From: Promethearchaeota archaeon
Lineage (GTDB): Archaea > Asgardarchaeota > Lokiarchaeia > Sigyniarchaeales > SOKP01
Length of the DNA: 64,000 nt
Direction: 5' to 3'
NCBI GenBank assembly: GCA_016839705.1
Contig: JAEOTR010000006.1
Location: 32,001-96,000 of the forward strand
Shown: positions 20,591-31,378 of the stretch, one piece after another
Position numbering within the stretch: the stretch's first letter is position 1
How the letters are laid out: the number at the start of each line of letters is the position of its first letter
The notes under the pieces: generated by a model
What the model saw: the letters and a program-made list of their open reading frames with translations, nothing else
Told to the model about the DNA's origin: nothing
Database searches by the model: none
Program-made: the position numbers and the translations under genes

Positions 20591-22087
20591 ATGGAAAAAT
20601 CAAATATTATTGAAACTAAAACCGGAAAAATCCAAGGATATAAAGAAGAAGGATTAGAAATCTTCAAGGGAATTCCATTTGCAGAACCCCCTATTGGGAA
20701 ATTACGCTTTTCTCCACCCGTTAAAAAGCAATCATGGGATGGAGTACTTAAAGCCACAGAATATGGTCCTTGTTCATTTCAAGGACATTCTGAACTTGAA
20801 CAGTATCTCGGTAAGCTTGAACCAGAAAGTGAGGATTGCTTGACTCTCAACATCTGGACTCCCGCAACAGACAGCGGAAAACGTCCAGTAATGTTTTGGA
20901 TTCATGGAGGGGCTTTTATGATAGGAGGTGGGACTGATCCAATGTATGATGGCTCAGCTTTGGCTCTAAGAGGTGATATAATAGTCGTTACCATTAATTA
21001 TAGACTTGGATCTTTTGGGTTCTTATATAGTAAGAGCATACCACCGAATCTAGGTTCTCAAGATCAATTGATGGCTCTAAAATGGGTACATGAGAATATT
21101 ATGTCATTTGGTGGTGATCCTTCGAATATTACTATTTTTGGTGAATCTGCAGGGGGATATTCCGTCCTAACTTTGTGTACAATGCCTAAAGCAAAGGATC
21201 TTTTTCACAGAGTTATTGCCCAGAGTGCCCCTTTTATTGATACTAAAGTTAGTGATGAGACTTCCAATAAGATTTTGAGTAAACTTCACATTATTGAAGG
21301 TGATATTGATTCATTACGAGAAGTTCCACCAGAAAAAATCATTGAAGCACAAAATCAAGTTACTGCCTCTCTACCTACAGATGTCATGGCTTTAAGGCCT
21401 TTAATCATTGGAGATACGTTCCCAAAACATCCATTAAAAGCCTTTCTAAACGGAGAGTGTGCAGATATCGATTTCATGATTGGTACCAACCTTGATGAAT
21501 TTAAATTATATACAGCTATGGAACCTTTTAAATCGATGGTCGAAGGTAATTCTGAGAATTTATTAGTTGGATTTTTAGGATCGTTGGGGATCAAAACAAA
21601 AGAAGGGACGGAAATAATAAAAACATATATAGAAGCAAGAGAAGGAAAATATTCCACAAAACCACTAGATGTCTTCACAGCTATTATCACAGACTTTGCA
21701 TTCCGTATCCGTACGATACGTTTACTTGAAGCTCAGAAGAAATTTCAACCTAACACCTACAACTATATGTTTACTTGGCCTTCGCCAGGATTGAATGGTA
21801 TTTTAGGAGCATGTCATTCACTCGAGATACCTTTTGTTTTTGGGACATTGGATTCCCCGACCCTAAAAGAATTCGTTAAAGGTGCACCGAAAGAATTATC
21901 CGATAAGATGATGGATGCTTGGATTAGTTTTGCGAAAACAGGAAATCCAAATCATGGAAATATCCCTATTTGGCCTGCTTATGATACTAAGATGCGTGCA
22001 ACCATGATTTTTGGAGAAGAATGTAAAGTAGAGGAAGCCCTTTTTGACAAAGAAAGAACAGCTTGGGAGGGTTTGCTAGAAATTTAA
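20591..22087 (+). CDS. Type-B carboxylesterase (PnbA-like)
   Basis: GIPFAEPP, EDCLTLNIW, HGGAF, FGESAG and GACHSLEI. Confidence 0.93.
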   Translation: MEKSNIIETKTGKIQGYKEEGLEIFKGIPFAEPPIGKLRFSPPVKKQSWDGVLKATEYGPCSFQGHSELEQYLGKLEPESEDCLTLNIWTPATDSGKRPVMFWIHGGAFMIGGGTDPMYDGSALALRGDIIVVTINYRLGSFGFLYSKSIPPNLGSQDQLMALKWVHENIMSFGGDPSNITIFGESAGGYSVLTLCTMPKAKDLFHRVIAQSAPFIDTKVSDETSNKILSKLHIIEGDIDSLREVPPEKIIEAQNQVTASLPTDVMALRPLIIGDTFPKHPLKAFLNGECADIDFMIGTNLDEFKLYTAMEPFKSMVEGNSENLLVGFLGSLGIKTKEGTEIIKTYIEAREGKYSTKPLDVFTAIITDFAFRIRTIRLLEAQKKFQPNTYNYMFTWPSPGLNGILGACHSLEIPFVFGTLDSPTLKEFVKGAPKELSDKMMDAWISFAKTGNPNHGNIPIWPAYDTKMRATMIFGEECKVEEALFDKERTAWEGLLEI

Positions 22088-22095
22088 ATTTCTTT

Positions 22096-23352
22096 TTACC
22101 TAGGGAAAAGTTTCACGATTACCTTTTCCCCTTTTTTTAATCCTTCTTGATGTGGGGGGATTTCAACAATACCATCAGACTTTGTTAGCGAACTAATAAC
22201 CCCCGATCCTTTAAGTTTTACAGGGATAGCAACTAATTTATCTTCAGATTTTTTAATATCTACCCTTAAATGATGAAGATAACCAAGACCGGAAACAGGA
22301 ACATCTCTACTGATCTCTACTATTATTTCAGATCTTGGATCAAGGAGAGAACAACCCATTATACCTCTTATTGCTACACCTGCCATTTTTAAAAAGGAAA
22401 CATAGGCTGCAACCGGAGTTCCTGGTAAACAAAATACCAAACTCTCATTTAATAAACCAGTTAACACGGGTGCTCCCGGTCTTTGGGCAATTCCGTGAGT
22501 TAAAATTACACCTGATTCTTTAATAACTTCAGGAAGATAATCTTTAGTCCCTACAGAAGTACCTCCTGTGAAAATTATAATCTGAGAGTCTTCTGCGGCT
22601 TCAATTAGTTTCTTTTTAATATAGTTTAAATCATCTTTAACAGTTTCACCTCGAATAACTTCGCCACCGTATAGATGCACTAACGCGGAAATCATTGGAG
22701 TGTTTGAATTGTAAATTTTCCCAGGAATTAAAATATCACCGGGCTCAAGTAATTCATCTCCAGATGAAAAAACACTAACTTTGGGTTTAGTAACCACTTT
22801 AATACTCTTAAATCCTAATGAAGTTAAAAGTGCAATATGTTCAGCTTTTAATTCTGTACCCTTATTTAAAACTTGAGTCCCTTTATTGATATCCTCTCCT
22901 TTCTTGGAAACATTTTTTCCCGGAGGAAGAGAAATATATAGACTTATTAGGTTATTTTCAATTTCTGTATCTTCAATTTTAACAACAGAATCAGCACCTA
23001 CTGGAATAGGAGCCCCAGTGGAAATTCTGATGCCCTCACCCTTTTTAAGTTTTAGAAAGGAAGACTCACCAATTTCTATTGTCCCAACAAGTTTAATTTC
23101 TTTTGGGTTTTTAGTAGAAGCCCCGAATGAATCTTCCGCTTGAATCGCATAACCATCCATTGCGGATCGATCAAAAGGAGGAATATCCATTCCGCTCATA
23201 ATATCAACAGCTAGTACACGGTTTAGTGAGGAATTTATTTCAACTTCTTCGATTGGATTTATTTTGATGTGAGAAAAAAGTATTTCGAGGGCTTCTGAGA
23301 CCGATGTTAATTTTGAAAATCCTATTTTTCTGAGTTTTTCCATTTCCATCAC
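22096..23352 (-). CDS. moeA: Molybdopterin molybdenum/tungsten transferase MoeA (copy 1)
   Basis: PPFDRSAMDGYA, STGAPIP, SSGDEL, GGTSVG and LPGTP. Confidence 0.93.
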   Translation of the reverse strand: MMEMEKLRKIGFSKLTSVSEALEILFSHIKINPIEEVEINSSLNRVLAVDIMSGMDIPPFDRSAMDGYAIQAEDSFGASTKNPKEIKLVGTIEIGESSFLKLKKGEGIRISTGAPIPVGADSVVKIEDTEIENNLISLYISLPPGKNVSKKGEDINKGTQVLNKGTELKAEHIALLTSLGFKSIKVVTKPKVSVFSSGDELLEPGDILIPGKIYNSNTPMISALVHLYGGEVIRGETVKDDLNYIKKKLIEAAEDSQIIIFTGGTSVGTKDYLPEVIKESGVILTHGIAQRPGAPVLTGLLNESLVFCLPGTPVAAYVSFLKMAGVAIRGIMGCSLLDPRSEIIVEISRDVPVSGLGYLHHLRVDIKKSEDKLVAIPVKLKGSGVISSLTKSDGIVEIPPHQEGLKKGEKVIVKLFPR

Positions 23353-23909
23353 TCCTCTTTATTAATAATATAAAGTATATGTCCAATTTCGGGTATAATT
23401 AATGCTTCTAATGCTAATTTTACAGCTCTCGGTGATCCTGGAAGCAAAAAGATAGCCTTATTTTTCTTCTTGCTTTCTAATATTCCGGCGACAGCTCTTG
23501 ATAACATAGCAGAAGATCCAATTTCATTATATGAAATATTCCGAAAGAGCTCTCCAAATCCATTAATTTTTTTTTTAAGTCGAGGTTCTATAGTTTCATA
23601 TGTAATATCTTTTGGAGATAAACCCGTACCTCCACTGAAAATTATAGCATCAATGGCATCTTCTTTCATTATTCTAACCAAAATATCATTTAACTGCTCC
23701 TCTGAATCTGGTATTATCTCTGCAAAGTCTAATGAAATCGATGATTCCTTATCGAATATCTTTTTCACAATAGGTATTGTTTTATCTGAAGTTACCCGGT
23801 TAAGCTTGAGCTCTTCATATCGACTTGTACTCACCACCACTAAAGCAAAAATAACCTTCTCTGGAGCTTTTTTTTTATGTTCCTCGTGCACTTTTAGTTT
23901 TTTCTTCAT
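23349..23909 (-). CDS. moaB: Molybdopterin adenylyltransferase MoaB/MogA
   Basis: SGGTGLSPKDIT, GFGELFR, SRAVAG and LPGSP. Confidence 0.92.
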   Translation of the reverse strand: MKKKLKVHEEHKKKAPEKVIFALVVVSTSRYEELKLNRVTSDKTIPIVKKIFDKESSISLDFAEIIPDSEEQLNDILVRIMKEDAIDAIIFSGGTGLSPKDITYETIEPRLKKKINGFGELFRNISYNEIGSSAMLSRAVAGILESKKKNKAIFLLPGSPRAVKLALEALIIPEIGHILYIINKEE

Positions 23910-23944
23910 ACAACTCAGCCGACCACTTAATTTTAATTTAAATA

Positions 23945-25171
23945 TTAGAAGAAATACACCCTCCTTGTATCTCCTCTTTCTAAAACGGATTCTAGCTCTT
24001 CTATTTCAATATAGCCATCAGCAAGGAAAATTGTACTCATAGCTTCCGATCCAGTTTTTATCGGAAAAATTTTCTTATTCCCATTTTCTTCTTTAATCTT
24101 GACCGCTTTGAATTCATGTCGTCCAACAGTGCTATATATTCTTTCTCCTAGTTCAAATTTTTTCGAAAATCTGTCTTTCAATGGATAACCTGAAAGCCTT
24201 CTCAGAAAATTATCAATAAAGACATAAAAACAGCTTAAAGCGGAAGTTGGATAACCTGGTAAAATAAATATTATTTTTTTCTTTAATTTTGTGAAGATAA
24301 TTGGCTTTCCTGGTTTTATTTTTACACCGTGAACCATTATTTCTATGTCATCATATTTTCCTAAGACTTGGGGGCCTAAATCTCCTTCACCTTTAGATGT
24401 TCCCCCGGATAAAATTACTATATCACTTATTTCTAAGGCTTTATCTAAAGCACTTTTTAATTCTTCATAATCATCATTAATGATCCCTAAATAGTTGACT
24501 AAAACTCCTGTATTTTCAATAGCCCTTTTTAATACCACAGAATTTACATCGTATATCTTGCCAATTTCTAAATTTTTAACATCTTGACTTACAATTTCAT
24601 TACCTGTGCTTAGAAGGGAAACTTTGGGTTGTTTAAATACCCACACTTCTTTACTTCCTGCTGAAGCTAGTATTCCCATTGTTGCTAAATCAACTAAAGA
24701 CTCTTTTTTGACTATTATGCTTTTCTCCTTTATATCATGACCGATTTCTATAATGTAAGTTCCGGGAGTCACCGCCTTAGAAATCAAAATGCTGTTTCCC
24801 TCTTTTTCTGTAAATTCAACCATCACAACACTGTTAGCATTTTCGGGTATAGCAGCCCCAGTTGCGACATATGAACACTGACCTTTAATCAAGCTTTTTT
24901 GAGGTATATCCCCTGCTTGAATTACTTCTATTAGTTCCAACTCAATAAAATTATCTTCTTCTGCCCCGAAAGTATTTTCTGCGATGCAAGCATACCCATC
25001 CATGCGAGATTTTCGAAAGTGAGGGACATTAATTTCACTAATTACATCTCTTGAAATTATTCGATTAAAGCTTTCTTCAATATCGACTTTTTCTTCTTCA
25101 TTTCTTAAAATCGGGACCGATTCGAGGATTTCTTTAAATTCTTTTACTTTAATAGTTTTTAGAAATTTCAT
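23945..25171 (-). CDS. moeA: MoeA (copy 2)
   Basis: SRMDGYA, ATGAAIP, STGNEI, GGTSKG, IKPGKP and LPGYP. Confidence 0.93.
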   Translation of the reverse strand: MKFLKTIKVKEFKEILESVPILRNEEEKVDIEESFNRIISRDVISEINVPHFRKSRMDGYACIAENTFGAEEDNFIELELIEVIQAGDIPQKSLIKGQCSYVATGAAIPENANSVVMVEFTEKEGNSILISKAVTPGTYIIEIGHDIKEKSIIVKKESLVDLATMGILASAGSKEVWVFKQPKVSLLSTGNEIVSQDVKNLEIGKIYDVNSVVLKRAIENTGVLVNYLGIINDDYEELKSALDKALEISDIVILSGGTSKGEGDLGPQVLGKYDDIEIMVHGVKIKPGKPIIFTKLKKKIIFILPGYPTSALSCFYVFIDNFLRRLSGYPLKDRFSKKFELGERIYSTVGRHEFKAVKIKEENGNKKIFPIKTGSEAMSTIFLADGYIEIEELESVLERGDTRRVYFF

Positions 25172-25197
25172 TTAATTACCTTTGTATTGATACAATT

Positions 25198-25647
25198 TTA
25201 ATGAATCCAATCAGAAGAACCATCTTTATAATTTTCTTTTTTCCACACAGCGATCTCTTTTTTATACATGTCAACAGCCCTACTAATTACTTCAAATCCT
25301 TCCTTCCTATGTGCTGAAGTCACAACGACATAAACTAAATCCTCAGAAAGCTCAAATTCTCCTTTTAAATGAATGATTTTAATATCAATAATTCCCTTTA
25401 CTTGTTTCAATTTAGAACAAATTTTACTGATGCTTTCATTTGCTAGATCATCATAAGCATCGATTTTCATACTAATAACAGGTTTTCCCGTTTGAGAACT
25501 ACGCCTTACAATCCCCGTAAAAGTATGAATTGATCCTGCTTCCTCGATTTTGGGATCTTTTTTTATTGATTGAATAATACTCGTAAGATCAATCTCTCCC
25601 TTACTATAGATACCTGATTTAATTTCGGTTTTATTTTGAGTATTCAC
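25198..25647 (-). CDS. moaE: Molybdopterin synthase catalytic subunit
   Basis: FTGIVR, SAHRKEGF and VWKKE. Confidence 0.92.
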   Translation of the reverse strand: MNTQNKTEIKSGIYSKGEIDLTSIIQSIKKDPKIEEAGSIHTFTGIVRRSSQTGKPVISMKIDAYDDLANESISKICSKLKQVKGIIDIKIIHLKGEFELSEDLVYVVVTSAHRKEGFEVISRAVDMYKKEIAVWKKENYKDGSSDWIH

Positions 25648-25653
25648 TTTGCC

Positions 25654-25938
25654 CTACCCTCCTGATACAGGTGTTAAAAAAGCAATTACGTCTCTATCAT
25701 GTATTTGAGCTAGTAATGGATCTTCATGAAGGAGTGCTTGATTATTTATTATTATTGAGATTAAACTGCTTACGTTTTGAGTATTTTCATCCCATAGTAA
25801 ATTTCGAAGGGGCATCTTATATTTAGTTAATAATAATTCGATCAAATTCTTTAATTGATTATTTGATAATTCAAATTCTTCTTTCTCTTTTCCGGTTATA
25901 TCTTTAAACTCAGCAAAATAGAGAACTTCTACAATCAT
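25654..25938 (-). CDS. moaD: MoaD/SAMP ubiquitin-like sulfur carrier
   Basis: VLYFA N-terminus and PVSGG C-terminus. Confidence 0.9.
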   Translation of the reverse strand: MIVEVLYFAEFKDITGKEKEEFELSNNQLKNLIELLLTKYKMPLRNLLWDENTQNVSSLISIIINNQALLHEDPLLAQIHDRDVIAFLTPVSGG

Positions 25939-25963
25939 TTATTCAACCCAAATTCAATAATCT

Positions 25964-26881
25964 TTAATAATAGGGTTCTCGTGAATCTACAACTTGTTTA
26001 ACAATTTGTTCGTATTTAGATAGTGAATGATGATTTCGAAGAGCTTCTTTAATATTCTTTCCAAGATCAGATCTATATAAACATCCAAAAAGATTCCCGT
26101 CACATCCAACACGTAATTTAGTACACCCCATACAAAATTCATGACTAGGTGTGATTGTTTCGACTACCGCTGAATTAGGCAACCTGATAACTTTACGATT
26201 TTGCATTGATCCTCTTACTTTCACTTCTTCTGCTCTTGCTTCAAGCATTTCTATAATAGGTTTCACATCTAAGTGATACTTCTCATAAAAATTCCCATTT
26301 CCTCCAATTGCATCAGAAACTTTGTGTAGTTCGATTAATTGCATAATAAAGTCATTTTTTGCACAATATTCAATCATATCTTCCAATTCATTATCATTTA
26401 AACCTTTCATCAATACAAAGTTTAATTTTATGGGATTAAATCCAACTTCTTTTGCCTTCTGTAGACCTCTCAATACTTCTTCTAGGGTGTCTGAACCATA
26501 TATTTTCTTATACACATTTGGTTTAAGACTAGCTAAAGAAACATTAATTCGATTTAAACCAGCATTAAACAATTCTTCTGCCTTTTTAAATAGAAGAAGT
26601 CCATTTGTAGTAATGGAGATATCTTTGTAGAGTTGTAGATCAGAGACATTTTTAATTATTTGAATTATTTCTTCCCGACATAATGGTTCGCCACCAGTAA
26701 ATTTGATTCTTGTGACATCTAAAATTTCCGCTAGAATTTTACATAATCTTGTTATTTCCTCTACAGAAAGCTCATTCGTCCGACTATATCCCTCCCTATC
26801 GCAATATAGGCATGAATATTGACACTTTGAAGTAATTGAAAACCTAATATGCTTAATTTTTCTGTTGTAATTATCTATCAT
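25964..26881 (-). CDS. moaA: GTP 3',8-cyclase (radical SAM)
   Basis: CQYSCLYC, TGGEPL and FCMGC...GCL; archaeal-type REPYY end. Confidence 0.93.
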   Translation of the reverse strand: MIDNYNRKIKHIRFSITSKCQYSCLYCDREGYSRTNELSVEEITRLCKILAEILDVTRIKFTGGEPLCREEIIQIIKNVSDLQLYKDISITTNGLLLFKKAEELFNAGLNRINVSLASLKPNVYKKIYGSDTLEEVLRGLQKAKEVGFNPIKLNFVLMKGLNDNELEDMIEYCAKNDFIMQLIELHKVSDAIGGNGNFYEKYHLDVKPIIEMLEARAEEVKVRGSMQNRKVIRLPNSAVVETITPSHEFCMGCTKLRVGCDGNLFGCLYRSDLGKNIKEALRNHHSLSKYEQIVKQVVDSREPYY

Positions 26882-26892
26882 TTAACTTTGCA

Positions 26893-27321
26893 TTATTTCT
26901 TTATTTTTTCTTCAACTTTAATATCGTAGATTATTGTAGAAGGATATTGACCGTTTTCATCTTTCTCATACATCTTTAAAACGTCCCAAATATTTAAGAG
27001 TGCAATGCTAACACCTGTAAGAGCCTCCATCTCGACTCCTGTTTGCGCAACACTTTTAACCGTGCATGATACGTTTATAATAGTGTTTTTTTCAATATTA
27101 AAATCTACATTAATACTGCTTATAGGGATTGAGTGGCAAAAAGGAATCAAATCAGGTACTTTTTTAACTGCATTAATAGCCGCTATTTTAGCGATAGTTA
27201 AAACATCCCCTTTCTCTAGGGTTTTATTTTTAATTTTCTCGATTGTAGCCTTCGTTAGCTTTATTTTTCCAGATGCCTTTGCAATCCTTGTAACTGAATC
27301 TTTATTTGAAATATCAATCAT
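26893..27321 (-). CDS. moaC: Cyclic pyranopterin monophosphate synthase
   Basis: MIDIS, LIPFCH, TGVEMEAL and WDVLK. Confidence 0.94.
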   Translation of the reverse strand: MIDISNKDSVTRIAKASGKIKLTKATIEKIKNKTLEKGDVLTIAKIAAINAVKKVPDLIPFCHSIPISSINVDFNIEKNTIINVSCTVKSVAQTGVEMEALTGVSIALLNIWDVLKMYEKDENGQYPSTIIYDIKVEEKIKK

Positions 27322-27325
27322 TTAT

Positions 27326-27349
27326 CGAAATATCCATTTATACATAACG
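27326..27349. promoter_or_regulatory. ModE-like operator upstream of moaC
   Basis: CGAAATATC-N6-TACATAACG, versus ModE-type CGTTATATA-N6-TATATAACG; TTTTAAAA TATA-like element at 27362-27369. Confidence 0.5.
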
Positions 27350-27378
27350 AAAAACTTTGTGTTTTAAAAGGTTTTTTT

Positions 27379-28470
27379 TTATAAAATCTTGACATCTGTT
27401 GCTTTAAAATTGATAAAGACTTCAGATCCTATTTCTAAACCCAATTTTTCTTTTGAGAGTTCTGTAATTGTAATTAAAAACTTCTCGGAGCCACTAATAA
27501 TAATTAAATGACAAATATTCCCAAGATCACGAATATTTTCGATTTTACCTTTAAAGGTGTTCCGATAACTTGTATTTTTTGGAGGTTCTTTAACGATTCC
27601 AATACTTTCTGGTCGTATACATACTTTTACTTCCCCTTCTTGTTGATCAGAGGCTGTTATGATTATATCACCCACCTGAATCTGAGATAAACCAGTGTTA
27701 TTATCTAATTCTGCAATACCATATAAAATATTTTCATATCCAACAAAAAGAGCTGTAAATTCATCCTTTGGAGCAATAAATATTTCATTCGGGCTTCCGA
27801 TTTGGGTTATTTGTCCATTGTTGAGTACTGCGATGCGATCTGCATATTTTATTGCTTCAAGTGGATCGTGAGTACTCATGATAATAGTTTTTTCTTTATC
27901 TTGCTTTATCTTCATTATAAAATCGTCTAATAATTTAACATTCATCGAATCAAGATTAGCTGATACTTCATCTAATAAATAAATTTCAGGATTAATAATA
28001 AAATTCATTGCTATCGCAACGCGTTGCATTTCACCCCCAGATAAAGATCGTGCATTTTTATTCTCCATACCGTTGAATCCTATAAAAGTAATAAGTTCTT
28101 GTACCGATTTTTTATACTCATCAAGCTTAATACCACGCACCTTTAAACCATACGCGATATTATTAAATAAAGTTGTATTCCGTACTACAGGTTTTTGTCT
28201 GACAAATGAGAATTTTCTCCGATAATTGGTCAGTTCTTTTCCTGAAATTTTTGTTATATCTTTTCCATCATAAAATATTTGTCCTTGTGTAGCTGAATCT
28301 AGTAAACCTATTATTCTTAATAACGTAGTTTTACCGCTTCCATTTGGGCCAATAATAACAAAGCACTCCCCTTTTTCAACTGTAAAATTGATATTGGAGA
28401 GGATACTAATTACTGATTTATCTCCTTTATAAAAATTTTTACTAAGATCTTTTACATCAAGTAGTTTCAT
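27379..28470 (-). CDS. tupC: Tungstate ABC transporter ATPase with TOBE domain
   Basis: GPNGSGKT, LSGGEMQR, LLDE, and a C-terminal TOBE (FKATDV). Confidence 0.88.
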   Translation of the reverse strand: MKLLDVKDLSKNFYKGDKSVISILSNINFTVEKGECFVIIGPNGSGKTTLLRIIGLLDSATQGQIFYDGKDITKISGKELTNYRRKFSFVRQKPVVRNTTLFNNIAYGLKVRGIKLDEYKKSVQELITFIGFNGMENKNARSLSGGEMQRVAIAMNFIINPEIYLLDEVSANLDSMNVKLLDDFIMKIKQDKEKTIIMSTHDPLEAIKYADRIAVLNNGQITQIGSPNEIFIAPKDEFTALFVGYENILYGIAELDNNTGLSQIQVGDIIITASDQQEGEVKVCIRPESIGIVKEPPKNTSYRNTFKGKIENIRDLGNICHLIIISGSEKFLITITELSKEKLGLEIGSEVFINFKATDVKIL

Positions 28471-28471
28471 A

Positions 28472-29167
28472 CTAATCAGCTCGAGTTTGTAGACGAGTCA
28501 TTCCATAATTCACAATAAAAGCAGTTAAGATAAGGATTACACCCAAAGCGATTGCCATTCCAAATTCTCCCATACGCGTTTGAAGTACAATGGAAGTAGT
28601 AAAGGTCCTTGTTTCCCAACGTATATTACCTCCTACAATCATTACAGCACCCACCTCTGAAATTGCTTGACCAAAAGCGACAAGAAATCCAGCAATTATG
28701 GATTTTTTTGAATGTTTTATTAGTTCCCACCATAGTTGTCGTTCATTAGCGCCTAAGGAAAGAACAGTTTCCTTTAAAGAAGGATCGATACTTTCAATAG
28801 CTGCCTTTGCGGTCCCCATTATAATAGGAACAGCTAAAAGAAATTGAGCTACTATCATGGCTGTTGTTGAATAAAGTAGTCCTAAAACACCAAATGGACC
28901 ATTACGAGAAAGTAGTAGATAAACAATCAATCCCATTACCACAGGGGGAAATCCCATAAACGTATTAATCAAATTTGATAATTCTTTCTTTCCCTTGAAT
29001 TTTCTCAAGCCTATATATGATCCAATTGGCAATGCAACTAAAGCAGCCAGAAACGTTGATGTTAATGAGACTCGAAATGAGACTTCAATAATACCCCAAA
29101 CTTCTGGATCAAACATGAAGATTAAACGAATAGCTTCTAATATTCCCTCTATAATTTCATTTGCCAT
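28472..29167 (-). CDS. tupB: Tungstate ABC transporter permease
   Basis: GFPPVVMGL, SRNGPFG and SEVGAVMIVGGNI. Confidence 0.92.
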   Translation of the reverse strand: MANEIIEGILEAIRLIFMFDPEVWGIIEVSFRVSLTSTFLAALVALPIGSYIGLRKFKGKKELSNLINTFMGFPPVVMGLIVYLLLSRNGPFGVLGLLYSTTAMIVAQFLLAVPIIMGTAKAAIESIDPSLKETVLSLGANERQLWWELIKHSKKSIIAGFLVAFGQAISEVGAVMIVGGNIRWETRTFTTSIVLQTRMGEFGMAIALGVILILTAFIVNYGMTRLQTRAD

Positions 29168-29211
29168 AATTCCGACTTATATTAAAAAAATTGATATTTG
29201 TTATATTTTTT

Positions 29212-30246
29212 TTAGATTGTTAAACTTACAAATTCGGCTTGAAATGGAGTCCATATCGCAGTCTCATTATTAGTTGTAGTACAACTTGTTGTACTATTGC
29301 ACAGTCCAAAACTTGAATGGAATAAAACAGCATTATTTTTTGTGTATGCATTAATTAAGGTCTGACCGTAAGGAGATGTAAGAAAGCCAACAAATCTACA
29401 TGCAGAAAGGAATTTCACATGTGGATGCAAAACAGGATTAACAGGAATAGCGCCATATGGATTTAGCAGGAAATCTTCACCAACTACAGACGCTGCAAGA
29501 ATATTCAAAGATGTATAAGTATCATTAAATGACAACCATGTACCTCGATCTACAATCGTATATCCCTCATGAGTTGCATCATCATCTTCCCAAGTCATTA
29601 ATAATGTTGAAGCCATACCTTGCCCCGTTTCCGTATATTTATCTGGTTGTCCCGCCCATTTTGTTGCAGCAATAACACCAATCTCTCCCCACAACTCTTT
29701 TTCTTTTGAATGAGTGCCCGAATTGTCACCTCTTGAATAAAAAGTCATATTCCCTGTGTCAATTGCATCTCGTAATTTCGTCATTACAGTTGTTATATTA
29801 TCATCTGGTAGCAAATTAGCTGGATTAGACGAATGTCCAACGATTATAAAGTCATTGTACATTACACAAGCGCGATGTATTCCATAGGAAATACCATCAA
29901 CACCAAGACTAGAATTAACAAAATCATCTTCTCTCGATCTTGAATGAACTAGAATTACGTCAGCATTTCCATCTTTCCCATACTGTATTGCAGTCCCAGT
30001 TCCAACTGATAACACTTTTATTTGAATTCCCGTCTGTTCAGTAAATTTTGGAAGTAAATAGTCTAATAATCCTGAATCATATGTGGAAGTAGTAGTGGCT
30101 AATGTTATTTTTTCTGGATTTTGGGCATTCAAATAATCTATTGCAAAATATGCTCCAATAGAACCACCTGCAATAATCACTATAGCTAATATTACAGCTG
30201 TTTTATGTTCAAGTATTCTTCCTTTTAAAGTTTTTCTTGAAGACAT
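29212..30246 (-). CDS. tupA: Tungstate-binding protein
   Basis: LATTTSTYDSGLL signature, SRGDNSGTH and an N-terminal TM anchor. Confidence 0.93.
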   Translation of the reverse strand: MSSRKTLKGRILEHKTAVILAIVIIAGGSIGAYFAIDYLNAQNPEKITLATTTSTYDSGLLDYLLPKFTEQTGIQIKVLSVGTGTAIQYGKDGNADVILVHSRSREDDFVNSSLGVDGISYGIHRACVMYNDFIIVGHSSNPANLLPDDNITTVMTKLRDAIDTGNMTFYSRGDNSGTHSKEKELWGEIGVIAATKWAGQPDKYTETGQGMASTLLMTWEDDDATHEGYTIVDRGTWLSFNDTYTSLNILAASVVGEDFLLNPYGAIPVNPVLHPHVKFLSACRFVGFLTSPYGQTLINAYTKNNAVLFHSSFGLCNSTTSCTTTNNETAIWTPFQAEFVSLTI

Positions 30247-30310
30247 CTTATTTTTTCAGATTTTTTTTGTTTGATAAAACGATAGGTATCACCGTCTTTG
30301 TAGCTATGAC

Positions 30311-30334
30311 CATTATGTACAATCATACATATCG
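30311..30334. promoter_or_regulatory. ModE-like operator upstream of tupA
   Basis: CATTATGTA-N6-TACATATCG; TTTATAAA TATA box at 30362-30369. Confidence 0.55.
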
Positions 30335-30449
30335 TCTGTTAAATGCTTAAATCACAAATTATTTATAAATTTACCTAGAAAAAATAATAAAAAAGAGGAG
30401 TTAGAAATGAATAATTCTTTACATATTCAAAATTCCATTTTACTTACAG

Positions 30450-31253
30450 CTAATCAGTTTTTTCTTTAAGTGGTGTGAGGTCAGACGCATCCTTTAAAAA
30501 AAGTATAGCATGAGACATCAATAGAATATTGAGTACATATGTAATATCAATCAAGAAATATATATCAATCTGAAATCGTCCATACCTTGCATTCCCAATT
30601 AACAAATCGGAGAACACAAAGATCGCTGAGGCCAAAACAATCATTACGCGAAATATTATTGATCTTTGGGTATAACCCAATCCAAACCAAGAGATACATG
30701 CCATAGATCCAATAGCAGCTACATACGGGATTACTATTAGAGACTCTGTGTCACTCCAAACAAATACAATAAAGGCCACTGGAATAAATATAGCCCAAAA
30801 TATTACAGATGTTATGAAAACACGACGAAGTTTTGGATGACTTAGTGGAACTCGTGGACCAATCGAAAAAATTCCTGAGAAAGCAATAATTAAGGAAAAC
30901 TGCATTAACAAATACACAATAACTCCGATGATAAAATCATAATGAATGGTAATAGTAGCGATAAGTCCAACGATCATTGAGATTACAATCCAATTTAGAA
31001 AGCGTTGTGGTTTTAGTTGATAAGTATCTACGGGATTAGTGCTGTTTATAATATCCTCAAACTTTTTAGTATCAATCGAGTAAAATCTAATAATTAAAGT
31101 AGATAATGTTATAATGATGCTAGCAAGCCATGCAATGAAAACAATCTTTGATCCTTGAATTTGATTAATAAGTTCTGATATTATTATTGTTATAAAACCT
31201 GCTATCCCCAGTATAGAAGGTAAAATAGTATATTTTGATAGTTTTAGATTCAT
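30450..31253 (-). CDS. YhhN/lysoplasmalogenase-like membrane protein
   Basis: PYxxxIxxM, FVFSDLLIG and ITY motifs; multiple TM helices. Confidence 0.6.
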   Translation of the reverse strand: MNLKLSKYTILPSILGIAGFITIIISELINQIQGSKIVFIAWLASIIITLSTLIIRFYSIDTKKFEDIINSTNPVDTYQLKPQRFLNWIVISMIVGLIATITIHYDFIIGVIVYLLMQFSLIIAFSGIFSIGPRVPLSHPKLRRVFITSVIFWAIFIPVAFIVFVWSDTESLIVIPYVAAIGSMACISWFGLGYTQRSIIFRVMIVLASAIFVFSDLLIGNARYGRFQIDIYFLIDITYVLNILLMSHAILFLKDASDLTPLKEKTD

Positions 31254-31378
31254 TTTTCCATCATCTTTGACTTATAAATTTAACATATTCTAAATGCTAA
31301 TTAAATAAAAAGGTTATGAAAAGATTTTCATTCCCTTGATGGGATAAAGAATGCTAATAAAATAATATAATTATGGTT

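Noticed and set aside
30247-30449. Moco/Wco riboswitch upstream of tupA
   Set aside because: No multi-stem GC-rich structure; a DNA operator-like palindrome explains the signal better
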